This document shows, piece after piece, positions 8,601-18,361 of a stretch of 64,000 bases of DNA. Each line of letters opens with the position of its first letter. Position 1 is the stretch's first letter. The position numbers and the translations under genes are program-made. Source of the stretch: Parcubacteria group bacterium. Its GTDB lineage: Bacteria; Patescibacteriota; Minisyncoccia; 2-02-FULL-40-12; IGHO2-01-FULL-4-A. The stretch spans positions 598 through 64,597 of the forward strand of contig JBDRCU010000057.1 in NCBI GenBank assembly GCA_043821485.1, in the 5' to 3' direction. A model generated the notes under the pieces. It worked only from the letters and a program-made list of their open reading frames with translations. It searched no databases and had not been told where the DNA came from.

Positions 8601-9749
8601 CTACTTCATCTTCCGTCTTATAAACGCTGGAATATCAAAATCATCTTCGTCATCATTGGCCACAGAGCTGTCTACTACCTCTTTTATAGGTTCTCGTTCT
8701 TCTTTTCTATCAATGATAGGGACTCCGTCTGCCATATCACTATATATGCTTTCTGCCGGGGACCTAGTTAATAGATCTTCTACATGAGCAGTGCCTGTCT
8801 TGAATCCAGCAGCAATAACAGTGATCTTGATTTCGCCCTTTTTAAGAGAGTTATCTTCAACTGCGCCGAATATTACTTTTGCATCGGGATCAATACTTGC
8901 TGTAATGATCTTTGCCGCTTCATTTATTTCTGCCATCGCCAAGTCGCTGCCTCCAGAGACATTGAACAGCACTCCATTTGCTCCGTCTATTGAAACATCA
9001 AGCAAAGGAGAGCTTATGGCATCCTTTGCTGCATCGGCTGCTCTATCTTCTCCGCTTGCAACACCTATTCCCATGAGTGCTGATCCTGAATTTGTTAACA
9101 CTGTTTTTACGTCTGCGAAGTCCACGTTAATAATACCTGGTACGGTAATCAAATCTGAAATTCCTTTTACTCCCTGATGAAGTACGTCGTCTACTTTTTG
9201 GAACGCTTCAAGTAAAGGAGTTTTCCTGTCTATTATTGAAAGTAATCTGTCGTTTGAAATTGTAATCAATGCATCTACTTTATTGCGAAGCACTTCCCAG
9301 CCAGCATCAGCAATGCGTGATCGTGCAGCTCCTTCGAATGAAAATGGTTTTGTTACAACACCAATAGTTAATGCTCCAACATCGCGTGCAATTTCTGCTA
9401 TAACTGGTGAAGCGCCTGTTCCTGTTCCTCCTCCAAGTCCTGCAGTTATGAATACCATGTCAGCGCCTTTTAGCGCATCTGAAATTTCATCCTTATTTTC
9501 CATTGCAGCCTGTTTCCCTATCTCAGGATTCATTCCAGCACCCAAACCGCGGGTGATATTCTTACCTATGAGGATTTTATTAGGCGCGCTAGCAATATTG
9601 AGGTCTTGTGCATCGAGATTTACAGCGACAAATTCAACTCCATGTATCTTAGAGGCCATCATTCGTTGGATTGCCTTGTTTCCACCTCCGCCAATACCAA
9701 CGACTTTTATGCGTGCGAAAGTCTCAAAAGTTGGTTTTACCTGAGTCAT
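8601..9749 (-). CDS. ftsZ: cell division GTPase FtsZ
   Basis: Tubulin signature GGGTGTG (GLGGGTGTGASPVIAE) and N-terminal KVVGIGGGGNKAI. Confidence 0.95.
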   Translation of the reverse strand: MTQVKPTFETFARIKVVGIGGGGNKAIQRMMASKIHGVEFVAVNLDAQDLNIASAPNKILIGKNITRGLGAGMNPEIGKQAAMENKDEISDALKGADMVFITAGLGGGTGTGASPVIAEIARDVGALTIGVVTKPFSFEGAARSRIADAGWEVLRNKVDALITISNDRLLSIIDRKTPLLEAFQKVDDVLHQGVKGISDLITVPGIINVDFADVKTVLTNSGSALMGIGVASGEDRAADAAKDAISSPLLDVSIDGANGVLFNVSGGSDLAMAEINEAAKIITASIDPDAKVIFGAVEDNSLKKGEIKITVIAAGFKTGTAHVEDLLTRSPAESIYSDMADGVPIIDRKEEREPIKEVVDSSVANDDEDDFDIPAFIRRKMK

Positions 9750-9862
9750 AGTGCTACCGGTTTAGCATATCTATCCAGATAAAACAAGACAGAGGCAAAT
9801 GTCCCTGTTTTCTACCTGTGGATAAACCCCTGATTTCTGTGGATATCTGGGATTTTTGAGCT

Positions 9863-11095
9863 TTATGGTAGGAAATTTTTAAACCATTTGCCTGCTCGTT
9901 TTAGAATATTGCTTGTTCCACCGGCTAGTGATCTTCTTGGATGATCTTCTTCTTCAAATCCCCACACAACAAGTCCTACAGCAACTGCAAATGCAGGGTC
10001 AATAACTGCTTCAGAGAGTCCTTCCATGAAATATGAGCCTCCAATTTTGGCTGATAAGCCAAGGCGGTTTTTTGCAAACACATCTATACCTGCTAGATTA
10101 GCTCCGCCACCAGCAAGGACCACTCCAGCGGGCAATACCTTGATACCGGGTGTTTTCTTAAGTTCAGCATCAATAACATCAAAGAGTTCTCCAATACGCG
10201 CATCGATTATTTTCGCAATATGTTTTCGAGGAACAGTCATGTCTTCATTTTGTGTAATGTCTGACAGGTCAATGTTTTCTTTTTTATTATTTTTTTCAGC
10301 AGTTCCAATAAATCCATGCGTGTTTTTGATTAACTCTGCATTATCAATGGAAGTTCTAAATGCAATGGCAAGATCATTTGTAACATGTTTGGCTCCAACA
10401 GGCAGTATAGCTGTATGCATTAAATCTCCTTCGTGGAATAGTGCCATTGAAGTTACTCCTCCCCCGAGATCAAGGAGCAGTACTCCGTATTCTCGTTGGT
10501 GTTTGTCGAGCATTGATTTGGATGCTGCCAAAGGAGAATAGATAAGCTCTGCTATTTCAACTCCATTGTTTTGGACTGCTTTTGTGAGATTATGAATGTA
10601 TGGAGATAACCCTTCTATTAGTAATACCTCTACTTCAAGACGGATTCCTTTCATGCCAAGAGGATTTTTTACTACTTCAGCCCCATCAATGATGAAATTT
10701 TTGGGAATGATATGTATAATTTCGTAATTTTGAGGGAGGCTTACAGTTGAAGCTGCTTCAACTACGCGATCAATATCGTTCTGGGATATTTCGCCGTCAG
10801 CACGCGATACAGCAACTACTCCGCGGGATAATTGTGTTTTTATGTATGGTCCGCTAATGCTTACATATGCGCGGTCAACAGAACCTCCTGACATACGTTC
10901 TGCTTGTGATACAGATTGCTTAATGCTTTTGATAACTTCTTCCATATCAACAACAATCCCTCTGCGTAAGCCATTTGACTGAGCATTGCCAATACCAATA
11001 ATGCGGGGACGTCCTGTCTCTGTATTCATGTCAGCAATTACGGTTTTCACTGATGAATTGCCAATATCAATTCCGCAAACTGTATACTTACTCAT
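9863..11095 (-). CDS. ftsA: cell division protein FtsA (actin-like ATPase)
   Basis: Actin-fold motifs (CGIDIGNSSVK, LLLDLGGGVTSMALF). It sits immediately upstream of ftsZ in the conserved order. Confidence 0.9.
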   Translation of the reverse strand: MSKYTVCGIDIGNSSVKTVIADMNTETGRPRIIGIGNAQSNGLRRGIVVDMEEVIKSIKQSVSQAERMSGGSVDRAYVSISGPYIKTQLSRGVVAVSRADGEISQNDIDRVVEAASTVSLPQNYEIIHIIPKNFIIDGAEVVKNPLGMKGIRLEVEVLLIEGLSPYIHNLTKAVQNNGVEIAELIYSPLAASKSMLDKHQREYGVLLLDLGGGVTSMALFHEGDLMHTAILPVGAKHVTNDLAIAFRTSIDNAELIKNTHGFIGTAEKNNKKENIDLSDITQNEDMTVPRKHIAKIIDARIGELFDVIDAELKKTPGIKVLPAGVVLAGGGANLAGIDVFAKNRLGLSAKIGGSYFMEGLSEAVIDPAFAVAVGLVVWGFEEEDHPRRSLAGGTSNILKRAGKWFKNFLP

Positions 11096-11110
11096 TGTAT
11101 CTATAATATA

Positions 11111-11566
11111 TTAAAGGCTACGTACTATTTTGTCCTGTAATGCGAACATTTGTTTCTCGTTTTTTGATGACCTCTCATGGTCATATTCTAGAAGATGAAG
11201 TAATCCATGAACTGTAAGCAGTATAATCTGGTTTTTGATCTTTTTATTGTCAGTCCCGACTTCGCGGACTACAAAAGGATACGAGATAAATATATCGCCA
11301 AGATTCATTATACCACCTGGATGAGGTTTTGTGCTAATTAAGTCTTTCTGTACTGGAAATGACAATACGTCTGTGGGTTTGTTCTTCCCGCGATGCTTTT
11401 TATTGAGATCAGTTATGCGCTTTAGCCCCACTATATTAATAGATAACTCTATCTTCGGACTTGATATTTGGGCAATAGACAGAGCTTTTTCAATGATTCG
11501 TTCAAAAAACACCCTGTTTAGCACGGTGTTTTTTGAAGTATTCCTGAATACTAGATCTAGTTTCAT
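11111..11566 (-). CDS. ybeY: rRNA maturation endoribonuclease YbeY
   Basis: H3xH5xH zinc motif VHGLLHLLEYDHE. Confidence 0.85.
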   Translation of the reverse strand: MKLDLVFRNTSKNTVLNRVFFERIIEKALSIAQISSPKIELSINIVGLKRITDLNKKHRGKNKPTDVLSFPVQKDLISTKPHPGGIMNLGDIFISYPFVVREVGTDNKKIKNQIILLTVHGLLHLLEYDHERSSKNEKQMFALQDKIVRSL

Positions 11567-12057
11567 TTTGAGCCTAATTCTTTCTTAACGATATTGCTTA
11601 TGAGCCCGCCGTCAGCTTTGCCTTTAAGTGTTTTCATTACTTCCCCCATTACAGACCCTATGTCCTGTATGGTACTGGCTCCAGTTTTTGAAATTGCTTC
11701 TTTGACTATCGTAGTCACATCTTCTTCGTTCATTTGTTCCGGCAAGTATGCACTGATTAATTCAAGTTCGAGTTTTTCTTTGTCTGCAAGGTCAGAACGA
11801 TTGCCTTGAGTAAATTGTTCAATTGATTCTTTGCGCTTTTTGGCTTCGCTGGATAAAACCTCCATGATTTCCTCGTCAGACAGTTTACTGCCTTCTTCAA
11901 GTTTGACAGGATCTGTTTCAGTTTTACTTAAAATCGTCCTCTTGTTCAACTCTTTATTCTGAATTGAAGTTAATATTGCAGCAAGTACAGAACGTTTTAA
12001 TGTATTTCCTGATTTAAGGGCTTCACTGTTCTCTTTTTGAAGTTGGTCTTTTAACAT
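11563..12057 (-). CDS. GatB/YqeY domain protein
   Basis: YqeY-like helical protein in the conserved rpsU-yqeY-ybeY arrangement. Confidence 0.75.
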   Translation of the reverse strand: MLKDQLQKENSEALKSGNTLKRSVLAAILTSIQNKELNKRTILSKTETDPVKLEEGSKLSDEEIMEVLSSEAKKRKESIEQFTQGNRSDLADKEKLELELISAYLPEQMNEEDVTTIVKEAISKTGASTIQDIGSVMGEVMKTLKGKADGGLISNIVKKELGSK

Positions 12058-12061
12058 TTTA

Positions 12062-12319
12062 TTATAGTTTAATTGTACGTTTTACTTTTTGTTTCTCTTC
12101 TTCAAATGTTTCTCTGTCATGTTTGCCCATGCGCTGTAAATGCTTGCGCAATGTGCGTAAATGCGTACGCATAATGGCTCTTCTTTTTTCTGTAAGAAGA
12201 CTCGCCTTTCTTTGCTTGTATTGTTTTGCCTTGGCCTGCTTAGTAGGCTTCTGTGCCAAACGTCCAAAACGGCGTATTAGCGCTCCTGTACTTTCATTTG
12301 GTTTTCTTTTTACTTCCAT
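12062..12319 (-). CDS. rpsU: 30S ribosomal protein S21 (extended C-terminus)
   Basis: GALIRRFGRLAQK resembles the S21 signature (ALRRFKRSCEK). It is a basic protein placed directly before yqeY. Confidence 0.65.
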   Translation of the reverse strand: MEVKRKPNESTGALIRRFGRLAQKPTKQAKAKQYKQRKASLLTEKRRAIMRTHLRTLRKHLQRMGKHDRETFEEEKQKVKRTIKL

Positions 12320-12383
12320 AATTGCCTCCTTTCTAAATATAACAAACTAAGGATAATACAGTACCATAGTTTAATATCTATGT

Positions 12384-12740
12384 CTATCTCACTAATTCGT
12401 CTTCTTTGAATTTTTTGCCTCCAAGAATATGAATATGCAAATGCGGTATGGTCTGTCCTCCATGATATCCTTTATTGATTATTACCCTGTAGCCGTTTTT
12501 TGCTATGCCAGCTTTTTGTGCTATCTCGTCTGTGGCGCGTATCATTCTTCCCAATGTTTCTTCGTCTTCTTTTTTTAAGTCGCCAAGGCCGTCGGCTATG
12601 TGTTTTTTGGGAATAAGTAATACATGTGATGGGGCTTGAGGGTGAATATCATTTATAGCAAACCATTCATCGGTTTCCATGATTTTGTCTACTGGCATTT
12701 TACCTTCAGCCATTTTGCAAAAGATATCTTTCTCACTCAT
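12384..12740 (-). CDS. HIT family hydrolase
   Basis: Histidine triad HLHIHILGG. Confidence 0.85.
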   Translation of the reverse strand: MSEKDIFCKMAEGKMPVDKIMETDEWFAINDIHPQAPSHVLLIPKKHIADGLGDLKKEDEETLGRMIRATDEIAQKAGIAKNGYRVIINKGYHGGQTIPHLHIHILGGKKFKEDELVR

Positions 12741-12750
12741 ATCGTTTCAG

Positions 12751-14130
12751 TTATCTTCCTTTAGTTTTTTGTTTGATTATTTCAATCACTTTTTCGACAG
12801 GCACTGTTTCTTGTACTCCCGTACCCATTTCGCGAATAATTACTGAACCATCCAAAGCTTCTTTCTGGCCCATGATTATTGTGTATGGAATATTAAGGCG
12901 GTTAGAAACCCGAAGTTGTGCCTTTATGCTGTCTCGGCCGAATGATGATTTTGCAGATACTCCTGAACGTCTGAATTCTTCAAACAATGCCAGACTTTTT
13001 CTTTTTGCCAGTTCTCCTAATTGTGCAATAAATACCTTCGGGGGTTTTTTAGATGATGCAGGTTCGATCTTTTGGATTTTTAATGCGAGTATGATTCTTT
13101 CAATTCCCATTCCCCAGCCAATGGCAGGAGTCTTCGGCCCTCCCATGTGTTCAACTAATTTATCGTATCTACCTCCCCCGCCAAGAGCTAGTGGTTCTGA
13201 TTTGGGTTTTTCGTTTTCTTTTTTTGTTTTAATCTTCTTTTCTTCCTCTTCGCCTTCTTTTTTTTCATCTTCTTTTTCTTCTTTCTCATTTTCTTTCTCT
13301 ACTATTATTTCAAAAGTCGTACGAGTATAGTAATCAAGTCCTCGTACCAGCGTATGATCGAGCAGATAAGGAACTTCGAGCTCATCAAGGAATTCGAGAA
13401 CTCCTTTGAAGTGCTTCTTGCAGTCTTCATCCAGATATTCAAGGAATTGAGGAGCGTTCTTAATATGTTCTTGGCAGTCTGGTTTCTTGCAATCTAGAAC
13501 TCGCAAAGGATTTGATTTAATTCTTTTTAGACATTGGGCACATATCCTTTTAGCTGATCCTCTATAGTGATCTTTTAGAGCCTTAATATATTGGGGCCTG
13601 CAATCTGCATCTCCAATGCTATTGAGTTTTACAATGAGGTTCTTGACACCAAGACTTTCAAGGATTTTATATTGAATAAATATTGCTTGTGCATCGGCCG
13701 CAGGCATCTCATCTCCAAATATTTCAAGGTTTAACTGATAGTGCTGTCTTAGGCGTCCGGCTTGAGGATTCTCATGTCTGAACAATGGGCCATGAGTCCA
13801 TAACTGTACAGGGTGAGGCATTGTATGCATACCATGTTCAATGTAGGCGCGTACAATTCCTGCAGTGAATTCCGGGCGAAGCGAAAGTCTATCCCCTCCC
13901 TTGGTGCGCAGATTGTACATTTCTTTTTCTACAATATCAGTTGCTTCGCCGACTGAACGTACGAATAGGTCGGTTTGTTCGAGTATTGGAGTATCAATTC
14001 GTCTGAAACTATAGTCTTCAAAAATACCTTTTGCTTTTTTAATAATAAACTCCCAATACTGCTGATCGTGGGGCAATATATCGTGCATTCCTTTCACTGA
14101 CTGAATCTGTAACTTTTTGACTCTTGGCAT
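12751..14130 (-). CDS. hisS: histidyl-tRNA synthetase with an E/K-rich low-complexity insertion
   Basis: Class II aaRS motifs (MHDILP, RYDKL..., GGGRYD). The start is placed at ATG 14130 (MPRVKK) rather than the ORF-track start at 14196, which would overlap lepB by 40 nt. The insertion EKENEKEEKEDEKKEGEEEEKKIKTKKENEKPKSEP is encoded by a ~130-nt polypurine tract (13200..13330). Confidence 0.85.
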   Translation of the reverse strand: MPRVKKLQIQSVKGMHDILPHDQQYWEFIIKKAKGIFEDYSFRRIDTPILEQTDLFVRSVGEATDIVEKEMYNLRTKGGDRLSLRPEFTAGIVRAYIEHGMHTMPHPVQLWTHGPLFRHENPQAGRLRQHYQLNLEIFGDEMPAADAQAIFIQYKILESLGVKNLIVKLNSIGDADCRPQYIKALKDHYRGSAKRICAQCLKRIKSNPLRVLDCKKPDCQEHIKNAPQFLEYLDEDCKKHFKGVLEFLDELEVPYLLDHTLVRGLDYYTRTTFEIIVEKENEKEEKEDEKKEGEEEEKKIKTKKENEKPKSEPLALGGGGRYDKLVEHMGGPKTPAIGWGMGIERIILALKIQKIEPASSKKPPKVFIAQLGELAKRKSLALFEEFRRSGVSAKSSFGRDSIKAQLRVSNRLNIPYTIIMGQKEALDGSVIIREMGTGVQETVPVEKVIEIIKQKTKGR

Positions 14131-14155
14131 ATTTTTGTTATTTAACCGTATTAAA

Positions 14156-14851
14156 TTAGATATCGTAATCAGGCGTATCAAATCCTGAGATAGCATTCAA
14201 TGGCCATGCCCTGAACCAAACTTCTCCTGTGATCAAGGATTCATTCACAGGTCCCCAGAAACGGGAGTCAGAACTATGTCTGCGATTATCTCCTAATACA
14301 TAATATTCATTGGGATCCAATTTGGTTAAGAGATTTCCAATTGTTTGCTGGTCAGGAGAAAGATAACTGCTTTCATCTAGAGTTACGCCTTCGGGATGCA
14401 AGGTATTGTAGATCGTGACATTGTTGTCTTTAATTTCTATTGTTTCACTTGGAAGACCAATGATTCGTTTTATGAAAAAGTTTTTAGGGTCTTCAGGGAA
14501 TCGGAATATTACTACGTCCCCACGTTCAGGTTCGTCATCTGTAAAGCGATAACTGAATTCATTGATTATGATATAGTCGCCGTCGTGAAAATTTTCTTCC
14601 ATGGAAGCACCTTTTACATAGAATGGTTGGATTATGAAATATCGGATTGGGATAATTATGACAAGAGCAATAATGACTATCTTTATTATCTCCCATATAA
14701 AAGCAAGGCTTTTATAGCCTGTTGTGAAGTCGTCTTTTAGGAATTCTTCATCTGGTGGTCCGGCTTCCGGCGTGCCAGTTGGTGTATCGCCATCTGAATA
14801 TGCACCCAAGCCTGATAGATCAGGACCATTTTTAAGTAGATCTTCTGACAT
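14156..14851 (-). CDS. lepB: signal peptidase I
   Basis: S26 motifs (GASMEENFHDGD, RGDVVIF, YYVLGDNRRHSSDSR). Confidence 0.85.
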   Translation of the reverse strand: MSEDLLKNGPDLSGLGAYSDGDTPTGTPEAGPPDEEFLKDDFTTGYKSLAFIWEIIKIVIIALVIIIPIRYFIIQPFYVKGASMEENFHDGDYIIINEFSYRFTDDEPERGDVVIFRFPEDPKNFFIKRIIGLPSETIEIKDNNVTIYNTLHPEGVTLDESSYLSPDQQTIGNLLTKLDPNEYYVLGDNRRHSSDSRFWGPVNESLITGEVWFRAWPLNAISGFDTPDYDI

Positions 14852-14964
14852 AAATATGTGAAGTGAAGTTAATTATATCATAAAAATTCGTGAAATCAAT
14901 GCGTGTTTTTGGTATAAAAACGAAAACGCCGTGAGAACTGCGACGAATTCGTCGCCGTGCCTTC

Positions 14965-15327
14965 TCACGACGGTAGGTACCTTATCTGATCGGTCTGTTT
15001 GGGACTCCTGTAGAGCCCTTCGAGCAGTTCTGTTCCGGTGATGCCCGCCTCTTTGTAGAGTCGGCAGAACCTAATAGTATCCACTAGAACGGGTCGGTTT
15101 CGTCCCTCTTCTGCTGGCCAGAACCAATGCCAGCGCCTGCAAACCGAGCATTCCAGTGATATGGCTTCGGGCTCGCTACGGCATGGTTTCCATATCGTCG
15201 GAATCTTACACAGCCTCTCTCCGCACATGAGGCAGTACATCGCGACCTCCTTGAATGTTGCAAAGAGCCTAGCACTAGTATCTAAAATTGGAAAGACCCG
15301 TGGGGCCGGCGCGTCAGCGCCGACCAC
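14965..15327 (-). CDS. Cys-rich hypothetical protein (possible zinc-binding) in GC-rich island
   Basis: CLMCGERLC...CSVCRRWHW clusters. GC content is far above surrounding genes. It is co-oriented with the downstream PurM-like gene. Confidence 0.4.
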   Translation of the reverse strand: MVGADAPAPRVFPILDTSARLFATFKEVAMYCLMCGERLCKIPTIWKPCRSEPEAISLECSVCRRWHWFWPAEEGRNRPVLVDTIRFCRLYKEAGITGTELLEGLYRSPKQTDQIRYLPS

Positions 15328-15383
15328 ACGGGCCAGGGTGCTGGTTATGTTGGTATATGTACTGTTCCGGCGTATGCTCCTTC

Positions 15384-16598
15384 TTATTCGCCGGGAGTCT
15401 TCAGGCTCAGCGTTTCACGATCGCTGAATCTGGACTCGATAATGAGCTTTTGATCGGGGACGCCGGCGTGGACAGTTTTCCCCACAACCATAGCCTCGTG
15501 CCCGTCTTTCCATGCCTCCTCACAGATCCTTTGGACATCCGTTGGTTCGCAGATGACGAACATACCACAACCGCCATGGAAGGTGTTGTAGCAGTCGTAG
15601 TCGCTCAGAGGTGAGTCGCCGCACTGTAGTGAGAGGGACTGTGCTTTGAGCAGAACTTCCGGTGCTTCGGGCATCTGGTCCAGGTGTACGCCAATCCCTT
15701 CAGGCAACAGTTCTCCGAGCTTGCTCCATACACCCCCACCGGTGACGTGCGCGATGCCGTGGATGCGGGCCAGTGGTGGGCCGGGTTCGCCATCTTGAGT
15801 CCAGCCCAGGAGTCGTGTGATCGTCCTGGCATAGCTCCGTGAGGGAACAGTGAGCTTTTTCACGTATGCCATGGCGGTTGCATTGTTCGAGATCAAATCG
15901 ATTTCCGGTCCCCACGTGCCCAGGACGATATTGGTCAGGGCTGTACCACCGTTGCAGCGGTAACCGAACTCCCTGAAGCCCACGACTGCCATTCCCGAGT
16001 TGATACTGGAACCGTCGATTCGCAGGTCGGTCCTGGTAAGACCGATGCATGTTCCGCCCCACGTAAGCACGAGTTGACCATCGCTGTCGGTGTCGCAGAA
16101 GGCAGTGATGCTGTGCTTCATGACCGCGGTTTCGCCAGTGATGTTTGCAAGTCCGGCTTGCCGAAGGGCTGCGCCATGGCCGTTCCACAGGGCACGGCAT
16201 AGATGGATGTTTTTGGCGGTGACCCTTTTGACGTTCAGGTCATTCGCCATGATGGCCGGGAAGCCGCCGCCTGCCACAACGTCGTCGGCGTTCATGGTGA
16301 TGATTTCCCAGCCGAGATCGTTGAAGGCTTCCTCTTCGTTCAGAAGCGTGAAGAACTGGGGCTTGCCTCCGGCTCCATCGTTTTGGACCGTCTCGCGGAC
16401 ACGACGATCAATCATCAACTTGAGGATGTGCTCCCTCCAGAGGAATTCGGGCAAGCCACCGCGGAAATGTCCTGTCTGCTGTGGGTAAATCGTCACAGCT
16501 GGACAGTTTCCACTGCTTGCCAAGCAGACTTGATGTCCGAGTCTAGACATCTCATCGCCGGGATTGATTACTTCGGACCTGTAGCTCATTCTTTGCAC
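15384..16598 (-). CDS. PurM-like (AIR synthase-related) ATP-binding protein of unknown function, GC-rich (probably horizontally acquired)
   Basis: PurM superfamily motifs MNADDVVAGGGFPA and HVTGGGVW. Not obviously SelD (no GAGCGCK) or HypE (no C-terminal Cys). Many overlapping shadow ORFs in the ORF track reflect the high GC. Confidence 0.7.
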   Translation of the reverse strand: MQRMSYRSEVINPGDEMSRLGHQVCLASSGNCPAVTIYPQQTGHFRGGLPEFLWREHILKLMIDRRVRETVQNDGAGGKPQFFTLLNEEEAFNDLGWEIITMNADDVVAGGGFPAIMANDLNVKRVTAKNIHLCRALWNGHGAALRQAGLANITGETAVMKHSITAFCDTDSDGQLVLTWGGTCIGLTRTDLRIDGSSINSGMAVVGFREFGYRCNGGTALTNIVLGTWGPEIDLISNNATAMAYVKKLTVPSRSYARTITRLLGWTQDGEPGPPLARIHGIAHVTGGGVWSKLGELLPEGIGVHLDQMPEAPEVLLKAQSLSLQCGDSPLSDYDCYNTFHGGCGMFVICEPTDVQRICEEAWKDGHEAMVVGKTVHAGVPDQKLIIESRFSDRETLSLKTPGE

Positions 16599-16649
16599 CT
16601 CCGTATTTTTGGCTTATTGCCGAAGACCTTGCTTCAAGGGTAATGATTT

Positions 16650-17246
16650 GTGGAAAATAATCAATGGCTGTACACTATTTACATGTTATTAATCGTTGGG
16701 CTTGGGAATCCGGGAGATAAATATATAGGTACGCGGCATAATATTGGTTTTGCTGTGGTGGATGGTTTTGCCAATGAAGTTGGCCTATCTTTTGAATACT
16801 ATAAGAAGCTTGATGCATATATTGCTCGTGGTGACTGGAATGAACATGAATTAATAATTTTGAAGCCAAAGACATTTATGAATAATTCAGGATTGGCAAT
16901 AAAGAAGTTTCTTGATTTCTATAAAAACACTCCTGATAAAATGATTGTTGTTCATGATGATTTGGATTTGCCTTTTGGTACAGTAAAGATGTCGCATTCA
17001 AGTTCTAGTGCAGGACATAATGGAGTGGAGTCAATAGTGGATCATCTTAAGACACAAGAATTTTCAAGATTGCGAATAGGAGTTGCAAATGGTGTACTTG
17101 ATCGTGCACGCAAGCAAGAGCCAGTAGCTGTTAAGAAAAAAGCAGTTGGAGACTTTGTGCTTTCTAAATTTGGATTTTTTGAAAAGGTAAAATTGAAAAA
17201 GGTTTTGGAGCGTGCCATTGAGGCGCTCAAAAATCTTGATACCTGA
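16650..17246 (+). CDS. pth: peptidyl-tRNA hydrolase
   Basis: N-terminal LIVGLGNPGDKYIGTRHNIGF signature. Confidence 0.9.
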   Translation: MENNQWLYTIYMLLIVGLGNPGDKYIGTRHNIGFAVVDGFANEVGLSFEYYKKLDAYIARGDWNEHELIILKPKTFMNNSGLAIKKFLDFYKNTPDKMIVVHDDLDLPFGTVKMSHSSSSAGHNGVESIVDHLKTQEFSRLRIGVANGVLDRARKQEPVAVKKKAVGDFVLSKFGFFEKVKLKKVLERAIEALKNLDT

Positions 17247-18348
17247 CAGAGATAATCTCAAATATCTTAATGCAATAAATATCGTTGTTGACGGTAATGT
17301 TTTGGCGCTTGAGCGGATAAATAGTGCATTTGATGGGGATTGGGAAGGTGCGTGGAGCGCAGATCTTAGTTCATTTATTAGAGATGCTGTGGGTCGTGAG
17401 GGAAGCTTTACTAGTTGTGATAGGGAGCGTCGTAGAAATAGGCAAAGACGTCTCAATATCGAGAGCGAATGGCAGTACCTTGAGCGTGATGGTATTGACA
17501 TGATTACGATTTTGGATAAGGATTACCCGACGTCTTTGAGATCCATACACAATCCCCCGTTTCTATTGTATGTGCGTGGATCACGTAAGGCCTTACAGTC
17601 AGAGTCTTTCGCGGTTGTTGGCACAAGGCTAGTATCTGATTACGGCAAGCAAGCTACAGAGCATATCGTTGGTCCAGTCTCTCGTGCTGGGCTTACCATT
17701 GTAAGCGGTTTGGCTTATGGCATTGATGCTATTGCGCATAAGACTGCATTAGATGAAGGAGGTCTGACTGTAGCAGTTTTAGCTACATATATAGCGGATA
17801 GGTCAATTTGTCCTAGAGTAAATTTTGCTCTAGCACAAAGGATCATCAAACAAGGCGGAGCATTAATATCGGAATTCCCGCGTGGATATCAAACGCAGAG
17901 GTTTTCATTCCCACAACGCAATCGTATAGTCAGTGGTTTGTCGCGTGGAGTGCTTGTGGTTGAAGGGAGTTTTAAAAGCGGAACAATGCTTACTGCTAAA
18001 CATGCCATTGATCAGAATAGAGATGTTTTCGCAGTGCCCGGATCTATTTTTAAAAAGAATTCACAGGGTACTAATTGGTTAATTAATAGAGGAGCAAAGC
18101 TTGTGACAAGCAGTGAAGATATATTGGAAGATTATGGATTAATTCAGGAGCAAAAACAGCTTGAAGTCGAACCAGAAGACGAAAACGAGAAAAAGATTTT
18201 AGCAGTTATCAAGCAAAACTCCTTGACAGCAGATGAGATAGTAAGGGAAACTGGTTTAAGTACATCAATTGTCAGTGCAACTTTGATGATAATGGAAATG
18301 GATAAGAAGGTTCGCAATACGAATGATGGAAAGTATGAAATGTTTTAA
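17212..18348 (+). CDS. dprA: DNA processing protein DprA (Smf); true start may be downstream of 17212
   Basis: Rossmann-like DprA core (VVGTRLVSDYGKQ, VVEGSFKSGTMLTA, AVPGSI) and a C-terminal winged helix. Confidence 0.85.
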   Translation: MPLRRSKILIPDRDNLKYLNAINIVVDGNVLALERINSAFDGDWEGAWSADLSSFIRDAVGREGSFTSCDRERRRNRQRRLNIESEWQYLERDGIDMITILDKDYPTSLRSIHNPPFLLYVRGSRKALQSESFAVVGTRLVSDYGKQATEHIVGPVSRAGLTIVSGLAYGIDAIAHKTALDEGGLTVAVLATYIADRSICPRVNFALAQRIIKQGGALISEFPRGYQTQRFSFPQRNRIVSGLSRGVLVVEGSFKSGTMLTAKHAIDQNRDVFAVPGSIFKKNSQGTNWLINRGAKLVTSSEDILEDYGLIQEQKQLEVEPEDENEKKILAVIKQNSLTADEIVRETGLSTSIVSATLMIMEMDKKVRNTNDGKYEMF

Positions 18349-18361
18349 AAATTTTTAAGAT

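Noticed and set aside
14131-14196. ORF-track start of hisS at 14196 (MLSQDLIRL...)
   Set aside because: It would overlap lepB by 40 nt, and the added residues do not align with HisS N-termini. The internal ATG at 14130 (MPRVKK...) is preferred.
15084-16643. Multiple overlapping ORFs on both strands (15161..15427, 15288..15614, 15605..15832, 15700..16200, 16090..16488, 16203..16643)
   Set aside because: Shadow ORFs caused by high GC content of the island. The PurM-like frame 15384..16598 carries recognisable motifs; the others do not.
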